Notes: generated by a model from the letters alone, not told the origin. Numbered from the stretch's first letter, positions 6,947-15,516 are shown. The stretch: DNA of 20,000 nucleotides from an uncultured virus (IMG/VR IMGVR_UViG_3300035150_000049) (IMGVR_UViG_3300035150_000049); one strand, 5' to 3'. Made by a program: numbers and translations.

Positions 6947-7427
6947 TGCGACGCTGAGCAGTCCGTTGTCGCGCCAGGCGCGCTGGCCCACACCCATCGC
7001 GCGAGACGCCGACAAGATGTGTACGAATTCTCTAAGTCGTTTATTGAGGACAGGTAGCAAACGAGGTCGGCTATATGCAACACCGACGGCGGCGGATGCA
7101 ATCGGTACGACCGGCGGCGGTCAGCGCCGCAGTCTCCGTAATGACGCCGGCGGACAGATAAATCCCGACTGGGAAGAGTGGCTCATGGGTTGGCCGGTTG
7201 GTTGGACCGCCTTGAAGCCGCTGCCGAAAAGCGCGATTGACGATTGGTTAACAGGGCTGAGCGATGAAACATGGTGGAATATCGACCCGCATACTACGGG
7301 AGAAATCAACCGGACAGCGAGAACCGCCGACGTTCCCGACCGTAGAGAGCGTGTTCGCGTCATTGGACAAGGGCAAGTGCCAGCGTGCGCGGCGCGTGCG
7401 TGGCAGGTGCTTACAGATGTTATTTAA
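6438..7427 (+). CDS. C5 methyltransferase second (beta) part, TRD plus motifs IX-X, in overlapping +1 frame
   Basis: TPxAxD repeats (WYTPLAGD, WPTPIARD, YATPTAAD), INPDWEEWLMGWPVGWT (IX) and RVIGQGQVPACAARAW (X). The true start is uncertain. Confidence 0.8.
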   Translation: MSWLYMPVLPADCSPRNGSSAGVPSAMSSTTPSVSRCSRPASETDCSTTRPSGTTPAPSTGDPGVDAWISSLRASRANHSAPPADNLPVTTRAICGRTPFAYLEKSGPDGPFWRTSQHCLPGLTVTLAAFNKTWPRSGMQHGGIAYRLPPSARITAATGSGSWYTPLAGDATLSSPLSRQARWPTPIARDADKMCTNSLSRLLRTGSKRGRLYATPTAADAIGTTGGGQRRSLRNDAGGQINPDWEEWLMGWPVGWTALKPLPKSAIDDWLTGLSDETWWNIDPHTTGEINRTARTADVPDRRERVRVIGQGQVPACAARAWQVLTDVI

Positions 7428-7538
7428 CCCAACAAGAAATGCTATTGCGAGAATTCAACCTGTAATTGTCCACCGTGCCCGGTCTTGTCCCGCTGCTCGC
7501 GCAGGGCGGAGGTTGGGGGCTTTCTCAAGGAAAAGGAC

Positions 7539-7865
7539 GTGAGAATCAAGCTCAAGTCGCTACTCCACCAGCGCGCGGAGTTTCGCGGAACCGTCGCGCG
7601 CTTTGGCTCCCGGCGCACGGAGCGTAATCCGAATGCACCGCGCGTGGGCACGATCTGCGTGGAGAACGTCGCGCTCGCTGCCACCGGCGAACAGGTCGCC
7701 GATCACCAATGGTTTGATGCCGAGGATTTTCCCGGCGTTCGTGTGGGTGATGCGGTGACGTTCGAGGCCGAGGTAAGGCATTACGTCAAAGGCGGGCGGT
7801 CGTACAGGGACCGGCGTTATGGAAGGGTAGCGGAGCTTGATTACAAGTTGTTTTTGGGAGGTTAA
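7539..7865 (+). CDS. hypothetical phage protein (OB-fold-like)
   Basis: GTG start after AAGGA; contains ADHQWF...VGDAVTFEAEVRHYVKG...DYKL. Confidence 0.7.
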   Translation: MRIKLKSLLHQRAEFRGTVARFGSRRTERNPNAPRVGTICVENVALAATGEQVADHQWFDAEDFPGVRVGDAVTFEAEVRHYVKGGRSYRDRRYGRVAELDYKLFLGG

Positions 7866-7867
7866 GC

Positions 7868-8728
7868 ATGGGTAAAAAATCAAAAATCAGTTGGACAGAC
7901 GCGACCTGGAACCCCTGGCGCGGTTGCCGCAAGGTCAGCGCCGGGTGTGCAAATTGCTACATGTTTCGGCAGCAGCGGCGCTTCGGCGACGACCCAACCG
8001 TGGTCATGCGCTCGAAAACGACATTTAATGACCCGCTGAAGTGGGCGGAGCCGCAGCGGATTTTTGTTTGTTCGTGGTCGGACTTCTTCATTGAGGACGC
8101 CGATGAATGGCGCGATGAGGCTTGGGCGATTATGCGTGCAGCGCCGCAGCACACGTACATGCTGCTCACAAAGCGCCTAGAGCCAATCGCCGAGCGCCTG
8201 CCGGACGACTGGGGCAATGGATACCCTAACGTCTGGCTAGGTGCGAGCGTTGAAAATCAGCGCGTCGCCGACGAACGAATACCGCTATTGCTGCAACTGC
8301 CGGCGGCGGTGCGGTTCTTGAGTTGTGAGCCGCTTTTGGGTGCGGTGGACCTGAATGAGTACATCAAGTTAACGGCAGATAACAGCACGGACGAACACTT
8401 CGAGCGCGAGCACTGGGGTTACGACGATTGGAGCGGGGGATTCATGTGTCGCGCTACTACTGGCGATGACTCCTGTTACGACCCGCAGGAAGGCATTCAT
8501 TGGGTCATCGCCGGCGGCGAGTCAGGGCCAGGATACCGCCCGATGGGCATGGCATGGGCACGGTCGCTGCGCGATCAGTGTCAAGAAGGCGGTGTGCCGT
8601 TTTTCTTCAAACAGCAGGCAGCATATCGGAGCGAACAAGCACCATACATTGTCGAAGAAGATGGTCGCCATACAGAGTATCAACAAATGCCGGACTTAGT
8701 GATACCGGCAGAGGAGATAAAGCAGTGA
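7868..8728 (+). CDS. DUF5131 / phage Gp37Gp68 family protein (radical-SAM-like)
   Basis: ISWTDATWNPWRGCRKVSAGCANCY, IFVCSWSDFF, LLTKR, NVWLGASVENQ, RFLSCEPLLG, WVIAGGESG, VPFFFKQ. Confidence 0.93.
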   Translation: MGKKSKISWTDATWNPWRGCRKVSAGCANCYMFRQQRRFGDDPTVVMRSKTTFNDPLKWAEPQRIFVCSWSDFFIEDADEWRDEAWAIMRAAPQHTYMLLTKRLEPIAERLPDDWGNGYPNVWLGASVENQRVADERIPLLLQLPAAVRFLSCEPLLGAVDLNEYIKLTADNSTDEHFEREHWGYDDWSGGFMCRATTGDDSCYDPQEGIHWVIAGGESGPGYRPMGMAWARSLRDQCQEGGVPFFFKQQAAYRSEQAPYIVEEDGRHTEYQQMPDLVIPAEEIKQ

Positions 8729-9078
8729 TCGTATACATAGACACCAATAATGTTCACGACGCCGTTGTCGTGCTCGAAAACGTCGTCGATTACTTGGTCG
8801 CAGTCGAAGCGGACCAGGAACCGGTGCCACATTATTTGTATGCAAACAACGGCGATGTACACGAACCGGAAGGCCTCGTGTACGCCGAACAAAAACCGTG
8901 CGGCTGCATCGGCGAGTTCGCTACCGGGCGCGGTCAATACGCGCGCCTTGACGCCGACGAAGAAATCGCCCGGATCATCCGCGAAGGCGGCGCGATTGCC
9001 GTGCTGCCCGTCGAGATGGTACGCGGTGAGTCGTGCCCGATCTGCGCGGGCCAGATGCCGCTGGGTGAGGTGGCATAA
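8725..9078 (+). CDS. hypothetical protein with Cys motifs
   Basis: GTGA overlap and GAGGAG RBS; motifs PCGC and CPIC. Confidence 0.7.
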   Translation: MIVYIDTNNVHDAVVVLENVVDYLVAVEADQEPVPHYLYANNGDVHEPEGLVYAEQKPCGCIGEFATGRGQYARLDADEEIARIIREGGAIAVLPVEMVRGESCPICAGQMPLGEVA

Positions 9079-10109
9079 TGACGGCGCTAACGTTCAACAA
9101 CGACCTGATGAACAAGATCAAGCACGGCCACAAGACTCAGACGCGCCGTCCGGTAAAAGCCGGCGAACGCCTTGCTTGGTATTTCCCGCGTGACGTGAAA
9201 ACTATGCCGTCGCCTGCCGTCTTTACGCCCAGCAATCGCGCCCGCTGGTACATGGGCTGCACCCGTGCTATTAAGCCGGGCCGCACGGCCAAAGGCATCG
9301 GGCGTGTGATGATTACCCTCATTCGGCGCGAACGTGTGATTGACATTACTGAACAAGATGCCATTGCCGAGGGCTTCACCGACCGCCAAGCGCAGTTTCA
9401 TTATGTGGATAACGACAACGTGCTGCATGAAATACGCGGACCGCGCGCCTCGTTCTTCAAGCGCTGGTGTGCGATGTACGGACTCAAGGCGCTTGAATGG
9501 GAGTGCTGGGTGCTTGATTTCATACTGCGCTCGTTTCGCGCCGATCTCGATTTCGCCGACCACGCCGCTGCGATGGACTTCTTTAATGTCGCCTTCCAGA
9601 ACCCACAGGCGCAGTACCTCGTCACCCCGACAGACCCAGAGGCGGCGCGCGCGTGGCTGGCCGAGTACGCCAACATGGTCAATTTCTCCTGGCGCGTTTC
9701 CTCGAAACCCTTCGAAGAACGCCTGGCAGAAGCCGGCCCGATGCGCCTCAACGATGTGACGGACATCGACACTTTACACGGTCGGAACTGTGGCTGGGGG
9801 TTTTGCGATCGTGAGGTAGACGACGAAAACAACGGCTTTCTTTGCGACGCGCCGGTTGCGCCGGGCGAAGATGTGATGGTTTCTTCTGAGACGGGCAAAC
9901 GCTTTTGTCACACATGGCAATGCCCGGTGGCATGGGAAGCGAATGTCGCGGCGATTCGGGAATTTTCCCCAAGCCTTTACGAGAGCGACTTCGCGGACTG
10001 CGATGATGAAGAAACGGCCAACGATTGGATGGTGCTCAGCGCCCGGCCACGCTACGCCTATGTGCCAAACGTAATGGTCGAGGGCGTGGAGGAAGTGTGG
10101 CGACGATGA
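9078..10109 (+). CDS. ASCH-domain protein fused to a Cys-rich C-terminal domain
   Basis: IKHGHKTQTRRPVK and IRRERVIDITEQDAIAEGF are ASCH motifs. The C-terminal half has CGWGFC...GFLC...RFCHTWQCP. Confidence 0.8.
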   Translation: MTALTFNNDLMNKIKHGHKTQTRRPVKAGERLAWYFPRDVKTMPSPAVFTPSNRARWYMGCTRAIKPGRTAKGIGRVMITLIRRERVIDITEQDAIAEGFTDRQAQFHYVDNDNVLHEIRGPRASFFKRWCAMYGLKALEWECWVLDFILRSFRADLDFADHAAAMDFFNVAFQNPQAQYLVTPTDPEAARAWLAEYANMVNFSWRVSSKPFEERLAEAGPMRLNDVTDIDTLHGRNCGWGFCDREVDDENNGFLCDAPVAPGEDVMVSSETGKRFCHTWQCPVAWEANVAAIREFSPSLYESDFADCDDEETANDWMVLSARPRYAYVPNVMVEGVEEVWRR

Positions 10110-10582
10110 AACAGATTTCACTCTTTGAGGACCAACGCCTTGACCGCGCCGGCGCAGTCGAACTCTCGCTTGCCAGTCTACGCGAGTATGGGCAGCGCTA
10201 CCGCCACTGGGCCATCGCGTACAGCGGCGGCAAGGACAGCAGCGCAACTGTGACTTTCGTCGCCTGGGCCATCAAAACCGGGCAGCTTGAGCCACCTGAA
10301 ACCCTCACCGTACTCTACGCCGACACGCGCCAGGAACTACCGCCGCTCCAGCAGGCGGCAATGCACCTGCTTGATGACCTGGCGCGCGACGGCTTCAATA
10401 CGCGCGCTGAAGGTCGAATGGTTGGCGGGTTTCGACAACAACCATGTCGAGCTAATCGCGCAATACGGCGATTACGTAGACCCACAGGGACGCCGGCACA
10501 CGCTCAAGCGGCGCGGCTTGGGTCATTTGTCGAACCCGCGCAGCGTTGCACTTTCGATGTCTTTCGGCGCGATTATGAGTAA
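10106..10582 (+). pseudogene. truncated PAPS-reductase/DndC-like PP-loop gene
   Basis: IAYSGGKDSSAT and LYADTRQELPPL are present. Family-like sequence stops near DGFNTR (~10405), and the downstream RWC/GxR motifs are absent. Confidence 0.7.
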
Positions 10583-10727
10583 GTGCCGCGAGTTGGCGGC
10601 GTTGAGGGATATATGAAAGGAGGCAAGTATGTCGGGGTGTACCTAAAGCCTGATACGTTTAATAAAAAAAATCGAGGTGGATTTGGAGATGATTTTTCTC
10701 TGCCAGCCTCATGTATAAACAAAGCGC

Positions 10728-10765
10728 AGCGCGGCGCACGGAGATGTAGTGCGTCGCGCTTTTTT
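10728..10765 (+). terminator. intrinsic terminator
   Basis: AGCGCGGCGCAC/GTGCGTCGCGCT stem followed by a T tract. Confidence 0.75.
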
Positions 10766-10787
10766 GATTCTTGACGCGCCGGCGCAC

Positions 10788-10817
10788 TTGCGCGAGCGTG
10801 TACAATACTGTACAATA
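10788..10817 (+). promoter_or_regulatory. promoter with tandem TGTACAATA repeats (candidate operator/parC-like site)
   Basis: TTGCGC, 17 bp spacer, TACAAT (10811-10816). TGTACAATA occurs at 10799-10807 and 10809-10817. ATG 10824 lies 7 nt after the -10 and has no RBS. Confidence 0.6.
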
Positions 10818-10823
10818 ATGCAC

Positions 10824-11159
10824 ATGAGTAAAAAGCGTTTACCAACGACCTGGGTTTTCGACGACCTGCACCCCGAACTTTTCAAGCTCGCAGCCGAGCT
10901 TGAGGCAGCGGACTCGCGCACGACCGATAAGAGCGGTCGCATCCGAGAATTGCTCTTGCTTGGTCTCCAGGTAGAGCGCGGGGAGGCGCAGCGCGAGGGG
11001 CGTTTGTGGGCAGACGGTGACATTGATGCATTCATAAACGCCCTGCAATCGCGCGGCCTGGTCGTTTCTGGCGACGCCGGCGAAACAGTGGAGCGCGAGG
11101 AAGCGGTTGATTTATCCGAAATGGTTTTGGATGACGACACACTCGACGATTTTCTATAA
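10824..11159 (+). CDS. ParR-like adaptor (ribbon-helix-helix-like, acidic tail)
   Basis: KSGRIRELLLLGL resembles RHH helix 2, and the C-terminus is DLSEMVLDDDTLDDFL. Directly upstream of the actin-like gene. Confidence 0.6.
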   Translation: MSKKRLPTTWVFDDLHPELFKLAAELEAADSRTTDKSGRIRELLLLGLQVERGEAQREGRLWADGDIDAFINALQSRGLVVSGDAGETVEREEAVDLSEMVLDDDTLDDFL

Positions 11160-11168
11160 GGAGTTGCG

Positions 11169-12170
11169 ATGCCAATCGTAAATATCGGAGTTGACGACGG
11201 CAACGTGCGTCGGAAACTCATTACCAAAAAGCACAAACTAGATACGCCGGTCGGACTGAGCCTTGTCCGGCGCGAAGGCGGTAGAGGAGACCTCGAAGTC
11301 GCTCAAGCTGCCGGCGATGTCATTACGTGGCGCAATGGCTCGCAGTGGACACCCGAACCGTCCGCCAGTGCCTCGACCGAAATGGCGCGCTTCACACACT
11401 GGCCGGAAGCGATGAAAATCAGCTTCCTGTATTCGCTTTCGCGTGTGCCGACCGAGACTAAATCGAAGCGCTTCCGGGTGATGATCGGCGCACCGCTCGA
11501 CGCATTGAACGATGCTGAGGCCGTGCGCAAGGCGGCACGCGAGGAGCTTTGTGGACTGTACACCTTTGAAGTGAACGGCGAACCTCAGAGTATCGAAATC
11601 GCGGATGCTTATATTGCGTCGCAGCCGAAGGCGGCGCTCGTGACGACACCAGGATTTAAGAATAAGCGCGTGTTTTTAGCCGACTGGGGTTTCGTGACCG
11701 GCCATTCAGTCGGTTACGATGAAGCGAGAAAGCAGGACGGGCAATCGGCGTTCATCGACGCTGTGACCGGATGGCGGAGGGTCGGGGCGTACAGAGCCGC
11801 TGACGAACTCTCCAACTACCTGAACGGCGTGTACACGAACTACGGCCTGAGCAAGATCGTTAACATCCATGAGGCCGACCAAATCATTCTCGGTGCGCGG
11901 CGCTTAGAGGTTCCGAACGGCGCGATGACCGAGGCGACCGAGTTCGTTAAGGTACTCAAGGCGCAGAACTTTAACGCCGGCGTCGAGTTCTTCAATGCGC
12001 AAATGGCACACATGGTTCCAGAGATTATTCGGTTCGTCGGCGGAACGACCGTAAGGTACGAACAGCAAATCCGGGCGCGGTGGAAGTCGTTGGTCAGCAT
12101 TCCAGAAGACCCGATCTTTAGTGTAGCGCAGGGGTTGCTGGTGCTCGCCAATAGTTATTGGCGGGATTAA
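11169..12170 (+). CDS. ParM/StbA-family actin-like ATPase
   Basis: IGVDDGNVRRK (phosphate 1), SQPKAA (connect), FLADWGFVT (phosphate 2), FVGGTT (adenosine), PEDPIFSVAQGL; 333 aa. Confidence 0.85.
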   Translation: MPIVNIGVDDGNVRRKLITKKHKLDTPVGLSLVRREGGRGDLEVAQAAGDVITWRNGSQWTPEPSASASTEMARFTHWPEAMKISFLYSLSRVPTETKSKRFRVMIGAPLDALNDAEAVRKAAREELCGLYTFEVNGEPQSIEIADAYIASQPKAALVTTPGFKNKRVFLADWGFVTGHSVGYDEARKQDGQSAFIDAVTGWRRVGAYRAADELSNYLNGVYTNYGLSKIVNIHEADQIILGARRLEVPNGAMTEATEFVKVLKAQNFNAGVEFFNAQMAHMVPEIIRFVGGTTVRYEQQIRARWKSLVSIPEDPIFSVAQGLLVLANSYWRD

Positions 12171-12181
12171 GACAAAAGTTG

Positions 12182-12194
12182 TGATACAATACTG
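12182..12194 (+). promoter_or_regulatory. extended -10 promoter
   Basis: TG-A-TACAAT. TACAATACTG (12185-12194) is identical to 10801-10810. Confidence 0.5.
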
Positions 12195-12251
12195 AGGGAA
12201 ATTAAGCGCAGCCCAAAGGCAGCTGCGCGTAGAGAGGTCATCGACGTTCAA

Positions 12252-13664
12252 ATGACCACACGAAGAATTTTAGCACAAATCATAATCACGTGCTCTACTG
12301 CATGTATCTTAATTTTCTTACTCACCGGCTGCGATGCAATGCAGCCGGCGGATCAGGCTGTTGTCTACGCCACGGTCCCGTCGGGCGCACTTGCGCCGGG
12401 TATCGAGGCCGACAACGCCATGAGTACGGCCCAAGCGCTCGCCTGGGTTGCGACGCAAGATGCTATCGATAAACAGAACACCGTCAGCGCTTCGGATGCG
12501 CTGGCGGCTCAGGCGGCGCAAGCTCAGGTGCAGGCGACGCAAGCCGCCGCCGATGCCACACTGAAAGCCGAGGAGCGCAGCGCTGCCGCCACGCTCCAGG
12601 TTGAGCGGTACAATGCGGATGCTACGCAGCAGGCCGTGAGCGTAAACATGACCGCGACGGCGGGCAGTATCGCGCTACACGGTAGAGAACTGGAAATCAC
12701 ACAGACGGCGATTATCGTCACGCTCGACGGGGCAGAAGCAAATATCAAATCCGCCGAGGCTAGGCAAGCCGAAGTGGATGCCGACCAAGCGGCTAAAGTC
12801 GCTCAGCAGGCAGATATCGACCGCCAAACCGATTACATCTTTAAGTTGGTTGGCGGGATACTGTTAGTCGCCGTAGTTTTTAGCGCGTTCTTGGTTGCGC
12901 TTCTGTATGGCGCTCGCTGGCTCAGCGTGATTATCGCCATCGATGTACGCCGGCGTATGATTCTCGAAGAGCTTGGCCTTCAATACGACAACAACGCCGG
13001 CAAATGGGTGCCGCTGCCGGGGCATGATTGGCCGGCGCTTCCTGCGCCTGAGCCTGAACCAGAACCGGAGCGTGAGATTACCATTGCCGGGCGCGTGTAC
13101 ACGCAAGAGGACCTGGAGGACGCCGAGAAAGCGCGGCAGGAGCAAGCACACCGTACCGCATGGCGCAATGCAGCGATTGCGTTTCTGCGGTGGGGTGAGT
13201 ATGAAGTTGATGACGAACCGATAGGGTACTCGCGCGCCCGCATGACCGCTCACGCCGGCGTAACCGATCCGACCTGGCGCACCATGACGAAATGGCTCGC
13301 CGAGATGGGATTCATGTATCAACCGCGAACTGGCGCGGCGTACACGTTGACACTGAATGACGCAGGGGAACACATGACCGTTTCGCAAATTATCCAGAGT
13401 CCAAAGTGGGCGACTTCTTACGACTATCCGAAGGGTGAAATCATGTCCATCGAGCCGCCGAAAACGCAAAAATCTCTAGACCCAACCCAACCCGCGCACC
13501 CGGTTTCAACCGGGGGAGACCGGGTTCAACCCGCCAACCCGCCCGAAAACGGCGCTTTTGTCGTCGGGACTGACGAAAATGGCAGGCGAACAGTGCGACG
13601 TTGGGGCGGCATGGGGCCGCCGGGTAGCTACGACGCGCAGATAGACGAACTCTGCACAGAGTAA
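12252..13664 (+). CDS. membrane lipoprotein: Ala/Thr/Gln-rich helical region, TM helix, C-terminal wHTH-like domain
   Basis: Lipobox FLLTG-C; ATQAA/ATQQA/TATA-rich stalk; hydrophobic LVGGILLVAVVFSAFLVALLYG; PEPEPEP linker; SRARMTAHAGVTDPTWRTMTKWLAEMGFM. Confidence 0.7.
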   Translation: MTTRRILAQIIITCSTACILIFLLTGCDAMQPADQAVVYATVPSGALAPGIEADNAMSTAQALAWVATQDAIDKQNTVSASDALAAQAAQAQVQATQAAADATLKAEERSAAATLQVERYNADATQQAVSVNMTATAGSIALHGRELEITQTAIIVTLDGAEANIKSAEARQAEVDADQAAKVAQQADIDRQTDYIFKLVGGILLVAVVFSAFLVALLYGARWLSVIIAIDVRRRMILEELGLQYDNNAGKWVPLPGHDWPALPAPEPEPEPEREITIAGRVYTQEDLEDAEKARQEQAHRTAWRNAAIAFLRWGEYEVDDEPIGYSRARMTAHAGVTDPTWRTMTKWLAEMGFMYQPRTGAAYTLTLNDAGEHMTVSQIIQSPKWATSYDYPKGEIMSIEPPKTQKSLDPTQPAHPVSTGGDRVQPANPPENGAFVVGTDENGRRTVRRWGGMGPPGSYDAQIDELCTE

Positions 13665-13669
13665 AAAGG

Positions 13670-13701
13670 GCCGCGCTCGAAAGGGCGCGGTTTTCGTTTT
13701 T
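13670..13701 (+). terminator. intrinsic terminator
   Basis: GCCGCGCTC-GAAA-GGGCGCGGT followed by TTTCGTTTTT. Confidence 0.7.
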
Positions 13702-13745
13702 CGGGTTTGCTGACACTTTGCGTATCGTGAAAGCGCTATTTTGTC

Positions 13746-13776
13746 TTTTGCTAAGAAAAGCAAAAAATGGTATAAT
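13746..13776 (+). promoter_or_regulatory. sigma70-type promoter with overlapping inverted repeat
   Basis: TTGCTA (13748-13753), 17 bp spacer, TGG-TATAAT (13771-13776). TTTTGCT-N6-AGCAAAA overlaps the -35. Confidence 0.75.
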
Positions 13777-13830
13777 GGAGGCGGTGATAGAAAGCATGGG
13801 CGCAAGCCCCTACCCTACTGAGGTACAGCA

Positions 13831-14094
13831 ATGACGATTGAAGCTAACTATCAAAAAGTGTGCCGCGTGATGTCTGTGGACATCGCGCGCACCGAAGCAA
13901 AATTAAATGCGCTTAGAGTTGATCTTGAAGACGCACAAACGTCGCCGACCTACGCGCATTATCTAGCGTGGTATTTCGATAATGTGATCGAGGACTACCA
14001 TAAAGATGGTTTTTACTATGGCCCGCGCTTATCTTGCGGAAAATTTGAGCGGCGGGGTGCTCCCCCGCCATACGAGCTTGGGGTATATGACTAA
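13831..14094 (+). CDS. hypothetical protein
   Basis: GAGGT RBS; first gene after the promoter. Confidence 0.7.
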   Translation: MTIEANYQKVCRVMSVDIARTEAKLNALRVDLEDAQTSPTYAHYLAWYFDNVIEDYHKDGFYYGPRLSCGKFERRGAPPPYELGVYD

Positions 14095-15094
14095 CCCTCT
14101 CTCCCTCGCCCACGAATACCTCCGTTCCCCCCGCGTGAAGTCTCGCGCCGCCGGCACGCAGAGCCATTACCGCGCGGCCCTGGCGCACTTCTGCGACCCA
14201 GGCGACGCCGATAATCCGCGCGTATGCTTTACTACCTCCCTCCCCCACTACAACGGCGAGCGTATCAATCTGCTCGCCAACTTCTTGATTTTTCTGCGAG
14301 AGCGCGGACTGTCAGCGCTCACAGCCCGCGCCTACGTAGTGGACGTTAGGACTTTTCTTGAATGGTGCGCGCTTAACGATCTCCTCCCCCGCGATTGGCC
14401 GATGGAGAAGATGAGTGAGGCATTCGACGACGTGGTGAGCGATGCAGCGGATTACAACCCCGAAACCAGCCCACCCGAAATCCCTGAAGGCATCGAGCGT
14501 CTACTAACCTATCACAGCGACCTGACGCCGCCGGATGATCTGGGCGAGGATAAGCTGCATACATGGGAGCTTGACCGGCTGCGCGACGCCGCGCTGATCC
14601 GCGTGCTCCACGATAGCGGTGGTCGCATTTCCGAGGTACTAAGCCTGCGTACCGGCGACTTTCCGCCGATGGCCCTGGAGCGTGTCGCGCAGGGCGAATA
14701 CTGGCGCGTGCTCGTCACCGGCAAGAAAAACCACAAGTACCATCTATGGCTTAGAGAGGCGGTGTTTTTCATCGACGAATACATGGAAGCGCGCGGTGCG
14801 TCGTCCGACCACAACGAGCCACTGTTTGCGTGGCACAAGCTAAGTAAGGCCGGCGAATCGCTCAGTCGGCAAATGGCATCATGGGTCACGGTGCGCGCCT
14901 CTCGCGCGCTTGGCCTCGGTGACATCACGCCACACGACTTTAGGCACTGGAAGGCGACGCGGTTGCGCAGCGCTGGACTGAGCCTGGAGGATATCGCGCA
15001 CGTGATCGGGCACATGGACATACAGACGACGAAAGACTATTACGCTCACGTCGATGTGAGCGACCTGGAGGCGCGCTTAAGGCGCGTGGAGTAA
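14087..15094 (+). CDS. tyrosine recombinase (XerC/D-like integrase/resolvase)
   Basis: SGGRISE (R), GKKNH (K), HDFRH (HxxR), IGH (H), TTKDYY (Y), plus an N-terminal SAM-like domain. Start probably at 14087. Confidence 0.93.
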   Translation: MTNPLSLAHEYLRSPRVKSRAAGTQSHYRAALAHFCDPGDADNPRVCFTTSLPHYNGERINLLANFLIFLRERGLSALTARAYVVDVRTFLEWCALNDLLPRDWPMEKMSEAFDDVVSDAADYNPETSPPEIPEGIERLLTYHSDLTPPDDLGEDKLHTWELDRLRDAALIRVLHDSGGRISEVLSLRTGDFPPMALERVAQGEYWRVLVTGKKNHKYHLWLREAVFFIDEYMEARGASSDHNEPLFAWHKLSKAGESLSRQMASWVTVRASRALGLGDITPHDFRHWKATRLRSAGLSLEDIAHVIGHMDIQTTKDYYAHVDVSDLEARLRRVE

Positions 15095-15150
15095 CACACG
15101 AAGGCCGCGCGGGTTGACGCTGCGGCGAAGAAGTTGAAGCGAGGTGAGGA

Positions 15151-15516
15151 ATGACACGATATTACATAAGGCTCGAAGCTGCCGCCGGCGCATTGATGCA
15201 CGCGCGAGCGGCGCTCATGGGCCTGGACCTAGACATCGAATGGCCCTCGGAGCTTGACGACATAGCGGACAAGCTTTACGAAACCATATATAAAGCAGCA
15301 GATGCCGACGAGCGCTATCAAAAATATATTGCTTACGCTAGAGAGTTGGACATGAGAGGTCTTCACGGAATGGTCGATCACACGCGATACAGCGACTATA
15401 AGGCATATATTGAACCGTTACTCGACAGACTTAATCAAGAGTATTCCGACGCCGGACACACTGCACGCGCAATGAAGATTGCCGCCGGCGTTGATGAGAC
15501 AACAGATGAACGCTGA
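15151..15516 (+). CDS. hypothetical protein
   Basis: GAGGTGAGG RBS. Confidence 0.75.
   Translation: MTRYYIRLEAAAGALMHARAALMGLDLDIEWPSELDDIADKLYETIYKAADADERYQKYIAYARELDMRGLHGMVDHTRYSDYKAYIEPLLDRLNQEYSDAGHTARAMKIAAGVDETTDER

Noticed and set aside
10106..10582. Dnd phosphorothioation system
   Set aside because: Only a truncated PP-loop gene; no dndB/D/E or cysteine desulfurase in the window.
10613..10774. Small ORF MKGGKYVGVYLKPD...
   Set aside because: It has a plausible RBS and ATGA overlap, but its 3' half runs through the terminator hairpin; probably a remnant, not supportable as a gene.
12202..12210. 9-nt complement (TTAAGCGCA) to the loop of the candidate 70-nt sRNA, in the lipoprotein gene leader
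   Set aside because: Too short to distinguish from chance without energy or conservation analysis.
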